In this document: positions 1-12,674 of the stretch, piece after piece
Numbering within the stretch: position 1 is the stretch's first letter
Layout: every line of letters begins with the position of its first letter
The notes under the pieces: generated by a model
Seen by the model: the letters and a program-made list of their open reading frames with translations, nothing else
Databases searched by the model: none
Told to the model about the DNA's origin: nothing
Made by a program: the position numbers and the translations under genes
Assembly: GCA_016748015.1 (NCBI GenBank)
Contig: JAAOMT010000706.1
Span: forward strand, 1 to 32,849
Length of the DNA stretch: 32,849 nucleotides
Reading direction: 5' to 3'
From: Geosiphon pyriformis uo1
Lineage: Eukaryota > Fungi > Glomeromycota

Positions 1-752
1 TATGTGAAAAGCCAAATAGACAAGTTTTTTAGACTTGATATTTTTGCGATGACACCATTAGCTTCGATCACGAGTTCGCGCTACCTTTTTATTGATCCGA
101 CTAACGGCATTCATTGCTTGAGATTCGTCTTCTACATTGCCTTTAACAATAACCCATAAAATTTTAATTGGGATTTAAATCCGGGCTGTTAGCTGGCCAA
201 TCTATGACATCACGCAAAAAATTCTTGAGCAATCCGACTTTTTAAGCTTTGGATCATTATCGTACTGAAACTGCCGTTTATTTCTTCGCATTTTCTTAAT
301 CTCAGGCAAGTGATTTTGAAGAATTCAGTATAAAATTGGCCATTAATAATGCTAGTAATAAAATATTTGCTATGTGGTTCGAAATTCTGGATATGCTGAT
401 TTGTAGATATGCATGTATTAGCATTAATATTCATCTAATTATTGAGGTAAAAAGACGTTTAAAACAGATAATAATCTTAAATTAAATATCGAGTTAATAT
501 TAAAATTTCATATTAATCTATTAATAAAATTCATAAAGCAATTTCTAGTCGCATTAACTCACTAAAAATCCAAGTTAAACCTTACACAAGCGAGGGCCAA
601 AGAAATTATGTTAAACTTGTTATTAAAACTATCACTGATATCAAAGGGCTAGAACTAGATTATGCATTCCAAAGAAATTTATCAATGAGCTATTGAAAGC
701 TGAAGTTTTCATTCAAACTAAAAATAGCAATAAGACAAGTTCCAGACGATCT
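1..752. repeat. Direct repeat A, copy 1 (runs off the left window edge); matches 12675-13444
   Basis: Colinear with 12675-13444; ORFs 210-434 and 12884-13108 are identical. Differences seen: four G/A substitutions (548, 610, 727, 739), a 1-nt indel near 565, and 19 nt absent here after position 700. Confidence 0.95.
54..350 (-). pseudogene. Frameshifted C-terminal remnant of a Tc1-family DDE transposase
   Basis: Minus strand, across shifted frames: FQYDNDPK (270-247), DWPANSPDLNP (WP..NP at 199-170), I.LW.IVK and VIEANG (71-54). These correspond to the Tc1 motifs FQQDNDPKH, WPxxSPDLNPIENxW and VIxAxG. Confidence 0.85.
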
Positions 753-941
753 CTACCCATTTAAGAATATAAATGAGGGTAAAAAGTAGCCGTCTATTCT
801 CAGAGCATTCTGACGTTCCAGATTTCTTTTTAAATTATAAATTAAAATCTTTATTTATCAGCGAGACAAACTCTTTAAAAATTCTTCTTTAACTATACAC
901 ATATTCAAAGTTTGACAATCGATTTGTATCGCTTGAAAATC

Positions 942-2107
942 ATGTCTTCAACTTCATCAATTAAAAACGCAACTTCACCCGTCGACTGGCTCGAAGGAAC
1001 ATTGATGGTCATCAATGAAAGTTTGCCCATTTTTCCAGCTTGTGAATATTCAAAAGTTGCTGACTTGGTTAAAAAATATTTTGTGCGCAATCAGAAAACT
1101 CCTGAAGACTTATTCAATTGCTTGAATAATAAAAGTTCAAAGCGTTCGATAGACAATATCTTGCTTGGCTTTTGTTTAGAACATGGGATCGGAACTATAC
1201 CTAATTTAACAAAAGCATTTTTAGAATTTCAGAAAGCAGCGAATGGAGAAGANNNNNNNNNNNNNNNNNNNNNNNNNNNNNNNNNNNNNNNNNNNNNNNN
1301 NNNNNNNNNNNNNNNNNNNNNNNNNNNNNNNNNNNNNNNNNNNNNNNNNNNNNNNNNNNNNNNNNNNNNNNNNNNNNNNNNNNNNNNNNNNNNNNNNNNN
1401 NNNNNNNNNNNNNNNNNNNNNNNNNNNNNNNNNNNNNNNNNNNNNNNNNNNNNNNNNNNNNNNNNNNNNNNNNNNNNNNNNNNNNNNNNNNNNNNNNNNN
1501 NNNNNNNNNNNNNNNNNNNNNNNNNNNNNNNNNNNNNNNNNNNNNNNNNNNNNNNNNNNNNNNNNNNNNNNNNNNNNNNNNNNNNNNNNNNNNNNNNNNN
1601 NNNNNNNNNNNNNNNNNNNNNNNNNNNNNNNNNNNNNNNNNNNNNNNNNNNNNNNNNNNNNNNNNNNNNNNNNNNNNNNNNNNNNNNNNNNNNNNNNNNN
1701 NNNNNNNNNNNNNNNNNNNNNNNACGAAAAATTTAGAAAAAGCATTTGAACTCTATTCAAAAGCTGCAGAGGCAGGACATTTAAAAGCACAAAACAATCT
1801 TCTACGTTGTTATCGATTAGGATGGGGAACAAAGAAAAATCTTGAAAAAGTATTTAAACTCTATTTAAAAGCAGCCGATGCAGGAAATGAGGATGCAAAA
1901 TTGAATCTAGGAGTTTATTATGCTAATGGACGGGGAACAACAAAAAATGTGGCAAAAGCATTGAAACTCTTTTTAAAACCAGCAAAGGCAGGAAATAAAA
2001 AAGCACAACATAATCTTAGACTTATCTTTCACAGATTGCCTCAACATTGCTCTGATAGTCCTATTTTTTTACCCTCTAGTTATATTATCAATTATTTTTC
2101 CAATTAA
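942..2107 (+). CDS. Sel1-like repeat (SLR/HCP-like) protein, interrupted by an assembly gap
   Basis: ATG at 942. LGFCLEHGIGTIPNLTKAFLEFQKAANG precedes the gap. After it: TKNLEKAFELYSKAAEAGHLKAQNNLLRCYRLGWGTKKNLEKVFKLYLKAADAGNEDAKLNLGVYYANGRGTTKNVAKALKLFLKPAKAGNKKAQHNL, i.e. 36-aa Sel1 units. Stop at 2107. Confidence 0.88.
1253..1723. other. Assembly gap (471 N) inside the Sel1 repeat array
   Basis: Run of N. Confidence 1.
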
Positions 2108-5100
2108 TTGTTTATCAATATTTTTACTTATATTTTAGGTTGCAATATGTTTAATATTATTTTTACTTTATATTATATTATAATCTTTGTATTTATCTTT
2201 ATTTTTATATAATTTTAATGCAGTTTTATATTGTTTTTAATTAAAATTTTAGCAATTAACAAAACATTAAACATAAAATAGTAGTACTTTATTCAAATTT
2301 TCAAAGTTCTTGATTGAATTAAACAATCAGACTCACAAATTAATTAAGAACTTATAATTTTTTAAATTACCAAGTTCAAAAAAAGTGCATAAATAAGCAA
2401 AACTGTTGTAATTAGTTTACCTTATAATGCTCTTTGAGAAATTGTATTTTTTTAGGATGAAATATTAGATTTGTAATAACTAAGAATCAACTCTAATAAT
2501 AAAATAATAAATATTATAATATTTGTTTATTATTCTTTAGTTTTATGAAAATGTTTATATATTAATGAATTAATTAATTTAAATAGCATAAAACATTATA
2601 GTAAAATGAAATGTAAAAGAAAAAAAATTTATTGCAAAATAGTAATAAACTGTAAAAGCATATATATGCAAATTTATTTTACATAAAAATATATATAATA
2701 TATAAACTTTTGAATAAATTAATATTATATTATTTTTATAATTGAACAATTTGTTATTGTTTCATTTTTTACTATTTTTTATATATTTTTCTAATTTTTT
2801 AAACTGCTTTATTTTACATTTTTTAATTTTAGACTTTTTACATATAGATTTTTTCAAGTTTTTTACAGTAAAACAACTTTTAAAATTAATATTTCAACAT
2901 TTTACAATTATTTTGGCAATAAAAAATGAAAGAAAGAAGATAATTTTATGTTTAATATTCTTAAAAACAGTATTAAATATAAAAATATTATTATGAAATA
3001 ATTATAAAAAAGAGGCTTTTTTATTGCTAATTTCTTATAATAACATAAAAAAACTATAAATATTACCAGTCATTGTAACTTTTCTCTTCTTAAAACCTTT
3101 TGGTAGAATATATAAAATCATCTTTATATTTTTTTCTCGATGTTAATTTTTTGTTGTTGTAATATAACATTAAAACAATCTGACTTTACTATAAATTAGA
3201 TTATAAGAAATTTAATTTATAATAAATAATTCATAAGATTAATTCTGTGATTTACAAGTTAGAACTACTAATATATTTTAAGATCTATAATGTTTTTCAT
3301 GTTTTTTTACTGAAACTATATTACAATTCAAACTTATCTGGATGTACAAAAAAATCATTTCCATCTATTTAATTCAAAAATGTTATCAAGTTTGATACCT
3401 AAATAAATCTGTTCTATTGAAGAAATACTACTTAAGAAAGAGATAATGTCATGACGAAACAGTTGATTAGAGAAATTTCAGACTGTTCCAGAATATTTGC
3501 AGATAAGTTTACTAATTCAGTTAGTAATTAACCTATAATTCTTTAAATATAAATAAAAAAGTCCAGTCGAATCTGTTTTTAGTTTTTCAAGCACAGTAAT
3601 ACCAGTTGTAAATTAACTTCTTGCTCTTAACCTTGTTTTTTAGCTACATTTTAGCAATTTCTTTGATATTTAACAAATGCTTCCATGAAATTTATTATAA
3701 CAATTCAATCTACTATTATTATTTTTATTATTAAGTAGAATATAAATTGAATTCTTAATCATACTATGGACTACTTAATTTCTACTTGAAAAGTTATATT
3801 CAAGTTTTTCAAAAAACGTGAAGTGGTAAGTTGCACGCTCATTTTTTTTATTGTTTAGAAAGCTTTTTTGATATCATGTACATTTTTTGCAATCATAAGT
3901 ATATGAAAGGATTCTTTATTTTTTATGATGTAAATAAATGTAAATAAAAAACAAAAGATTAATGTTAATAATAAAGTGTTTTTTGACAACTTTGCATGTT
4001 GTTAATTTTATAAAGTAATTTTTAAAAAGGAGATTGTCTTTATATTATTTCTCTATATTTACATAGTTTAATAAAAATTCTCATTATTCATTAAATTTTT
4101 ATTAGAAATCATACTAAATATATTTAATAGCTATAGTGCCCAATAAAAAATACCAAACAAATTTTCTGAATTTTTATCTAAATGAGTAGTTTAATCATTA
4201 TAGAATAATAATAATCATAATACCAAAATGGTTTAAGCTTCTTGTAAAGCATAAAAAATACTGCATTTCTATTACTTATACAATCATTTATGATTAATTG
4301 ACATTTATTGAATAATTAAACTAATATAATTATTTTATTATTATTTTGAGTTTGCCTAATACTAAAACAGAAAAGTTTATCAATAACCACTTTTAATTTT
4401 TTTATTTATTGTTTGTTTGGTTGCTTTCGGTTTTTCTTTGAATTCTTTATTCAAAAACTTTTGGATCATTACTTATTCAATTAATACTAAATTTACCAAT
4501 TTCTTAATCCTGCCATTTATGATTTTTAAAACTAATATTCAATAATGAATTAAAAATTTGATCAAAACTCTTAGAATTCAATTAAAGATATTGCTTATGA
4601 CAACAAGTTTCAAGCTAATTTTATCAAAAAGTAAAAAATATATGTTTAATAATTGTCTGCAACTTTGTAAAGGCTTTTTTACATAACTAATAAAAAGATA
4701 AACAAGTCAATAACTAAATTAACAATATTGTAATTTTTTGCTGTTTTTACTAATTTAATAATTAATTCCTATTTACTTCAAAGCATAATAGAACAATTTA
4801 TATAATGCATCACATTAAAGGAAGATTAAACATAGTTGAAATCCTTAGAAGCTTTACGATTTCCGATAGGGTAACCCAATATATGTGTTGGAAAAAAAGG
4901 TGGAAAAAGTTTAATTTTTTACAATGAATTTTAGCATATTTAATTGAATCGTTTTCCGTGTTTTGAACTTGGTTTAATTTTTATTACAGTAATATCTCGA
5001 AAAATAAAAAAATATTCCTTTGAATAAAATTTTACTAAAAGTTTCAAGGCTTTAGAAAAATCTTTTGCCAACATTTCGGTTTTGTATATATGCATTGAGC

Positions 5101-5257
5101 GAGTGAAAAAGAAATGTATATTAGCCCAACAACATTATTGTATACGTCTCAAATTCTTGCCAATATGTAAAGCATATTCATTTTGTAGAGCAAAAAGGAC
5201 TACATTTTTTCATATCAAAGCTTTTATGATCACAATATCTATTGTTTTTTTTACTAG

Positions 5258-5538
5258 AATTTAAGCTATTATTGTTGGTCATTAAGGGGCATTCGATTGA
5301 CAATGCTCACGATGCACGAGAAATTATTACCCAAGTTGATCAAGTTTATTCAACATATTTTAATCTACAAAGCAAATTTGATCATATATTTGAACAAGAA
5401 ATAACAGCCTTTTTGAATAAGATGGAAAATGAAAACAAGAATCGAATTGACAATAATTTAATGATAATAAAACACTGTATAACATTATTTGAGTTATTGG
5501 ATAAAATCATGGAAAACCCAATTTTGAATGAGAATTTG
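5258..5538 (+). other. Probable orphan coding exon of an unidentified gene or gene fragment
   Basis: Open frame (HSIDNAHDAREIITQVDQVYSTYFNLQSKFDHIFEQEITAFLNKMENE...) bounded by acceptor CTAG (5257) and donor GTAAGC (5539). No recognisable motif and no complete gene model. Confidence 0.4.
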
Positions 5539-5687
5539 GTAAGCTTTTAAAATTTTTGCTCATAAATTTATATACATATATTTTTTTAATTCAAATTATC
5601 TTTTTTTCAACCCTGCTATTATGGCAGATAAAGCTATTTGATATTTCTGGTATCAGTTAACGATACATCACTTCCCATAAGCATTTT

Positions 5688-5711
5688 AATAATAATAATA
5701 ATAATAATAAT
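5688..5711. repeat. (AAT)8 microsatellite
   Basis: Read directly. Confidence 0.9.
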
Positions 5712-6096
5712 TGATCAAGGAAACTTCAATTAGAAATCGATCGCAAAAACTATTACCAAGATCGATCCAAACTGACTAAGCTTTTTCAAAGAGTAAAATA
5801 GTCAATAAGTTTTATCTAGAGTTTCAAAAACGTTGACTTTTAAAAATGATCAAATTTATTTTGTCTTTATTTACCTCAGCTTGATAGAAAATAAGATTTA
5901 GCTTTCTTTTAATAAAAACACTTTCTACATCGAGAAAATATTATGGTAAATAAAGTCATGCGGATCAACAAACGATGTAAATATTTGATGGAATTATTAA
6001 TATTCATCAAAATTTTCATATAAATAATTTCCTTTGAACTTAAAGACATAATTCATTCAAAATTAACAAAATATTCTCAATATTTGAGTTATTATT

Positions 6097-8255
6097 ATGG
6101 CTTTCTTATACATTATTGCCTTAATTGCCGCATTTTACTTTTATAAAACGGTATTTTCGAAATCAAAAATCAATGATGGAAAGCAATTGCCTGTAGCACC
6201 AGGCGGTATTCCTTTTTTTGGTAAAATTTTAAAAGGTTTTTTGCTTTAAAGAAAATTTCAAAATTTTTACTCTCTTTTCAAATTTGATTAGGCCATATTT
6301 TTTTGCTCGGCAAGGATATGCAGAAAAAGTTTGAATTATTTTTTAATTTCATATTTATTAGAATTATTATAAATGTTGAAATCACTCATTTTGTCAATAC
6401 ACATTAATTATGTTCACAGGTTTGTTGAATGGGGTGAAAAGTGTGGTGAAATTTTTGTGGTTCATTTTGGTCCTACCCGTTGGATTATCCTCAACAATCC
6501 TAAAGTCATTGACGAACTTCTTCAAAAACGTGACTCTTCTTTTTTTTTTATACAAGAGTTCAAAATTATTTCCAAATCAATCATTTTATCATTTTATCAT
6601 TTTATCATTTTATCAATTAATAGGAAGTGCCATTTATTCTTCTCGTCCATATAACCATTTGTTCAACGTTTCGGCACGCGACAGGAGTATTATTTTTTCA
6701 CAATATAATAAATGGTATAGAAAAATGATGCCGATAGGTTAGGAAACAAATCTTTGCTTTTATTTTATTTTTTTCAAATATTATTTTCTGAGGTACTAAT
6801 ATTTAATTTTTACCTTCAAAAGTACACGGGTTTTTGACTAAACAAAAAGTTGAATCTTACTCTAATCATATAGCAGAATGTACCCACAACCTAATTTTCA
6901 AGATTTTAAAGGATACTAATGAATCAGAAGGAATCGATCTTTCAAATTACCTCCGTTTCACATCATTTAATATTATTTTCAATGTTCTTTTTGGAATTAA
7001 ATTAGAAAATTTTGAAGATCCCCTTTATATAAAGTTAGATCGATTGTTTACAACATACGTTAAACGGGTTAATTTAAAAAATTTGTTTCCAAGTCAGTAC
7101 CCAATACTTTTTTGGTTTCCTCCCTTCCGAAGTGAGCTTGCAAAAACTCTTCGATTACGTGAAGAGTGGGAAGCAGTAACGCGGAGCTTGTTGAAAACTC
7201 TAAACAATGATCCAGAAAAGAAACCGTCTGTTGCTCAAGAATTTTTGAGGAAGCAGAATGAAGGGTTAATTGAAGAATTGGATGTAATTAAACTGTGTGA
7301 AGATTTTTTTTTGGCAGGAACAGTACGTTTAAAATTACATTTTATATTAATCTAATTGCCTTTGTAAAAATATTGACCTTTTAACTTTAACTTTAACTTT
7401 ATATATATATATAAATATAGGAAACCGTGGGTACTACCATGTATTGGCTTATTGCAAATTTGGGCAATCATCCAGAATTTCAGCAAAAAGCACATGAAGA
7501 ATTAGATAGAGTGGTTGGGCATGAACGTTTGCCAACTACTTCCGACTTTAGTTCCCTTCTATATATCCAATCGTTCATTAAAGAAACTCTTCGTTGGGCT
7601 CCTATGGTTTATATTTTTTTTCGATATTACTGAATTTCTTACTTTTTCACAAACTCATGAATAATTCCTCTGTTTTCCTAGATCCCAATAACCTTTAGAT
7701 ACCTTGAACAAGATGATACATATATGGGTTATCAAATTCCAAAAAATTCAATAATTGTTTCGAATATTTATGCCTTGAACTCTGACAAGAATCGGTACGA
7801 TAAGCCCCATATTTTCAATCCAGATCGATTTATGAATTCAAAAGAAAGTTTCGCTATTTCGGCAAAAGGTTCTTATCAAAATCGAGATCATTATACATTT
7901 TCAGTTGGAAGACGAATATGTACCGGAATTTATTTAGTAAGTTTGAATCTATATATCATAGATCTTTAAGTACGGTATCTTTGAAACGAGATCAAAAAAG
8001 ATCTAATTTTTCTTTTTTGACAAAAACTTTGAATAGGCTGAAGTCGAACTACTATATCTCACAAGTACCCTACTTTGGGCTTTCAAATTCGAAAATCCAA
8101 ATCAAGATGCAACGGGAAAATCTATCCCTATTGATACAGGCACTTCTCCTGAGTCTTATCTTCAACATATTAATCCTTATAAAGTCCGAATCATTCCGAG
8201 GCATCCCGAAACCGAGGCTATGTTACTAAGCAAAATTAACCAAGGCCAAACTTAA
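6097..8255 (+). CDS. Cytochrome P450 monooxygenase, 8 exons, about 514 aa, apparently intact
   Basis: Exons 6097-6220, 6292-6328, 6420-6529, 6624-6737, 6823-7322, 7421-7606, 7682-7936, 8037-8255; all introns GT-AG; 1545 nt in frame. N-terminal membrane anchor and PGGIPFFG hinge, YSSRP, I-helix AGTETV, ETLR (ExxR), PDRF, heme motif FSVGRRICTG. Confidence 0.96.
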
Positions 8256-10181
8256 AATCAAATATTTCTCGGCGATACTTTTATTATCATTCTAACATCT
8301 TTGGTATCATTTAAATTTAACATTGTAACAAGTTTCTTAAATATTCGAGAGAATAAAGTTTTCCAAATAACTCCAGTTTGTGATAATCTAACTCCTCTTA
8401 TTATTTTAAACGTTTGCAAGTTCAGAAAATTGATTGGTTCGATAATTATAATAACAACCAATATAAAAAAGCTTTTTAAAATGGTATGTTAAAAGTAAAA
8501 AGGCCGCAGAATCTAGTCATGACACTATACGAATAATTTAGTGACTTTAAATCAGAGTTTTGATTAAAGAGGAAAATTATGATTGCTTAAACAAAATTTG
8601 TTATATAATTCAAAAAATACCTGAAATTGAATTCCTGGCAAATTTTCTCTAATGTTATCCAAATAGCAACTAAAAATCTAACTATAATTTTCAAAACCCA
8701 ATATTTCACCTCGCTTAATATATAATAACCGTGAAGTGTCTTTGTTTTAGAATTCTATAAAATCAGATTTGGAAATATTGAATTATTTCAAAGCATCATT
8801 ACTATATTAAATAATAAAGACTTTTGTAAGCCTTAATCAAATTCAATTTACTTACAAAGTATTTAAATTTTGCTCTGTAGTAATTGCAAGTTTATTGTCA
8901 CTTTCTTTCCATATGTTAACATGTGAAAGTATTTGTGGAAAAAGGCTTATTTTTTGATATCCAAGAGTCTTCTAGTAAATGATAGAGCCAGTAGTAATAT
9001 GTGCTTTGGCAGTGTTGATTAGAACGTTGTAGATTTTTGTATAGAGATTGTTAGGCATATTGAAATGAAAAATAGAAGTAAAAAGTAATAGTTTAGGTAG
9101 TATCCTAGGCTAGATTCATTTATACATTGTTTTTTTTCATCAAGTGAAGAGAATTTATTTCGGCAATTATAGCCAGGGAGAAAAAAAAATTCTATTTCTT
9201 TCGAAAGTTTTCTATGCAAATTGTAACAGCCGGGTAAAAATTATTATGAAAAATGAATTAGAAACGAAGAACAATTTATAGTAATTTTAACATTGTTATC
9301 TGTGCTTGTTAATTCAAATTGTGATGATTTATACAAAATTTTAAACATGTAAGGTGTTTTAAATATGAAGATATAGATTACTTTAACCATTTTATTAAAG
9401 TATGTGCAATAAAAAAACAAAATTTGAAATATTTATTGTAACTTAAATAGTTGGTATTATTTTGGTGCTGAATTTTATATTCGTAAAGTTTTGTGAAATA
9501 TTATATTTATAAAAACAAATCAATATAGAATACATTTATGTAACTATTAGAATTAAGCTTAAAAAGTTTGGCTTAATTTATAATAAGAATAATGAAATTA
9601 TCAATTTACTATCTGTTAAAAATTTGTTTTAGTTTAAGAGATGTAAAAAGTGTTGAAATTAAAAATTTTCATAAGCAGTTGTATAATATAAATTTAAATA
9701 AATAGTGTTGTTTAAATAATTTTGATTAACTTGTTAGCTAGTTATGTATAAAAACAAAATCTATTTTATTATTGGCCTATTTTTTTTATTTTATATTCTT
9801 TTTAAGTGGATAAATATAATTGGTTTCAAGAATGTGTACTTATAAAAGTATTGTGCTAAAATAATTTTAAGAGTTATTTTATGCAGAAAAAATCGTGAAA
9901 AGTTTACAAATAAGAAGCTTACAGTTAAAATTTTAATAATAAAAAAGTCTATAGATAAAAAGTCTAAAGTTTTGAAATAAAACAGTTTAAAAAATTAGAG
10001 AAAATGTAAAAAATTAATAAAAAATAAAATATTAACAAAATTATTTAACTACAATATGAATCATTTATTTAGAAGCAAATTATACAAGTTATCTTTTAAT
10101 ACTGCGAATAATTGAAAAAACAAAAGATTAATTTTTCTAATTAGTAAAACTTTTATATTTATTAATTTATTGATTAATATA

Positions 10182-10214
<33 letters not shown>
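10182..10214. repeat. (ATT)11 microsatellite
   Basis: Read directly. Confidence 0.9.
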
Positions 10215-10217
<3 letters not shown>

Positions 10218-11323
10218 CAACATATTAAAAATTTATTTTAGTCTTAATTTACTTTTTAAACAATTTACTTATTTCCTTAAAAATATGAAATTAAGACTAT
10301 TTAAATTGATTATATTTAGAAAATTCTTCATTTTAATTATTTGAACTCTAATAAGATTACTTGATTGATATTTTAACAGGTAATATATTTAATAATATTT
10401 ATTATGTTATAAATGATATTAAATATAAAATTTATTGGATTTATTTCAATATGTTAAATATTTACTTTTATTAATTGATTTTAATAGTAATCTCTTACAT
10501 CTAAAAAATTCTTCAGAGTTTGTGGTTTATTGTTTATTCATTGAATTAATACAAGATCACAAATTTCTACCCAATATCGGTTATATCTGATTATAAATAA
10601 CAATAAAGCCATATCAATAAAATGAATTTCATAAAGTCCAAAAACTGTAATTTTTAAATTATTAATCAACGATTAAATTATTAATATATTTTTATGCAAA
10701 ATAAATTTTATAAATACCACTTTGAAGAATTTATGACTATTTTGCAACAATTTTTTATAAATTTTATTACTAATTCCTTCTTCTTTCTTTCCCTTTTTTA
10801 ATTAACATTTTCTTTCACATTTTATTTTACTATAATGTTTTATGCTATTTAAATCAATTAATTCATTAATATATAAACATTTTCATAAAACTAAAGAATA
10901 ATAAACAAATATTATAATATTTATTATTTTATTATTAGAGTTGATTCTTAGTTATTACAAATCTAATATTTCATCCTAAAAAAATACAATTTCTCAAAGA
11001 GCATTATAAGGTAAACTAATTACAACAGTTTTGCTTATTTATGCACTTTTTTTGAACTTGGTAATTTAAAAAATTATAAGTTCTTAATTAATTTGTGAGT
11101 CTGATTGTTTAATTCAATCAAGAACTTTGAAAATTTGAATAAAGTACTACTATTTTATGTTTAATGTTTTGTTAATTGCTAAAATTTTAATTAAAAACAA
11201 TATAAAACTGCATTAAAATTATATAAAAATAAAGATAAATACAAAGATTATAATATAATATAAAGTAAAAATAATATTAAACATATTGCAACCTAAAATA
11301 TAAGTAAAAATATTGATAAACAA

Positions 11324-12261
11324 TTAATTGGAAAAATAATTGATAATATAACTAGAGGGTAAAAAAATAGGACTATCAGAGCAATGTTGAGGCAATCTGT
11401 GAAAGATAAGTCTAAGATTATGTTGTGCTTTTTTATTTCCTGCCTTTGCTGGTTTTAAAAAGAGTTTCAATGCTTTTGCCACATTTTTTGTTGTTCCCCG
11501 TCCATTAGCATAATAAACTCCTAGATTCAATTTTGCATCCTCATTTCCTGCATCGGCTGCTTTTAAATAGAGTTTAAATACTTTTTCAAGATTTTTCTTT
11601 GTTCCCCATCCTAATCGATAACAACGTAGAAGATTGTTTTGTGCTTTTAAATGTCCTGCCTCTGCAGCTTTTGAATAGAGTTCAAATGCTTTTTCTAAAT
11701 TTTTCGTNNNNNNNNNNNNNNNNNNNNNNNNNNNNNNNNNNNNNNNNNNNNNNNNNNNNNNNNNNNNNNNNNNNNNNNNNNNNNNNNNNNNNNNNNNNNN
11801 NNNNNNNNNNNNNNNNNNNNNNNNNNNNNNNNNNNNNNNNNNNNNNNNNNNNNNNNNNNNNNNNNNNNNNNNNNNNNNNNNNNNNNNNNNNNNNNNNNNN
11901 NNNNNNNNNNNNNNNNNNNNNNNNNNNNNNNNNNNNNNNNNNNNNNNNNNTCTTCTCCATTCGCTGCTTTCTGAAATTCTAAAAATGCTTTTGTTAAATT
12001 AGGTATAGTTCCGATCCCATGTTCTAAACAAAAGCCAAGCAAGATATTGTCTATCGAACGCTTTGAACTTTTATTATTCAAGCAATTGAATAAGTCTTCA
12101 GGAGTTTTCTGATTGCGCACAAAATATTTTTTAACCAAGTCAGCAACTTTTGAATATTCACAAGCTGGAAAAATGGGCAAACTTTCATTGATGACCATCA
12201 ATGTTCCTTCGAGCCAGTCGACGGGTGAAGTTGCGTTTTTAATTGATGAAGTTGAAGACAT
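11324..12261 (-). CDS. Sel1-like repeat protein, second (inverted) copy, interrupted by an assembly gap
   Basis: Translated segments match those of 942-2107. Confidence 0.85.
11708..11950. other. Assembly gap (243 N) with the same flanking bases as the gap at 1253-1723
   Basis: Run of N; flanks are the reverse complement of the first gap's flanks. Confidence 1.
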
Positions 12262-12674
12262 GATTTTCAAGCGATACAAATCGATTGTCAAACTTTGAAT
12301 ATGTGTATAGTTAAAGAAGAATTTTTAAAGAGTTTGTCTCGCTGATAAATAAAGATTTTAATTTATAATTTAAAAAGAAATCTGGAACGTTAGAATGCTC
12401 TGAGAATAGACGGCTAGAGCTGTGCTACTTGTTACACACGTGTCATATGTCTTATTTACGAATGTGGTATATTACATTCCGATTTCTTAATAACTCATAA
12501 AGTGTTCTAATGCATCAGACTGTATGCACAGTTTGCGGCAAAGCAAAGAGAAACACAAAAAAGGTGTTGCATATTTTTCGATAGGAGAATGCTCATACCA
12601 GCTGGTACATGCATAACCATCTTTAGTAGTTGTCAGGCACAGTCTCAAAAATGAATCCTATTATAGTGGAGGCG

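Larger units (their letters stand above)
787..2623. repeat. Inverted repeat B, left arm; reverse complement of 10808-12416
   Basis: Reverse-complement match with 787 pairing 12416, 1724 pairing 11707 and 2623 pairing 10808. Mirrored identical ORFs. Mismatches seen only at 812, 2576, 2608 and 2615. Confidence 0.95.
10808..12416. repeat. Inverted repeat B, right arm
   Basis: Reverse complement of 787-2623; shorter only because the N-gap is shorter. Confidence 0.95.

Noticed and set aside
210-434. 74-aa ORF (and its twin 12884-13108, plus 12630-12833) as standalone genes
   Set aside because: They overlap frameshifted pieces or the antisense strand of the Tc1 remnant.
1221-1832. Long ORFs spanning N-runs (also 1243-1749, 11599-11982, 11682-11960)
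   Set aside because: Produced by translating N; they are antisense or alternative frames of the Sel1 genes.
2950-4800. Possible hAT-like transposase relic on the minus strand
   Set aside because: Only vague peptide resemblance amid many stops; cannot be supported without a profile search.
6581-6615. (TCATTTTA)4 tandem in P450 intron 3; also (CTA)6 at 13921-13938
   Set aside because: Ordinary slippage repeats with no spacers; not CRISPR-like.
12638-12660. CACAGTCTCAAAAATG as a terminal inverted repeat of the Tc1 remnant in repeat A
   Set aside because: No matching partner end found and no TA flank.
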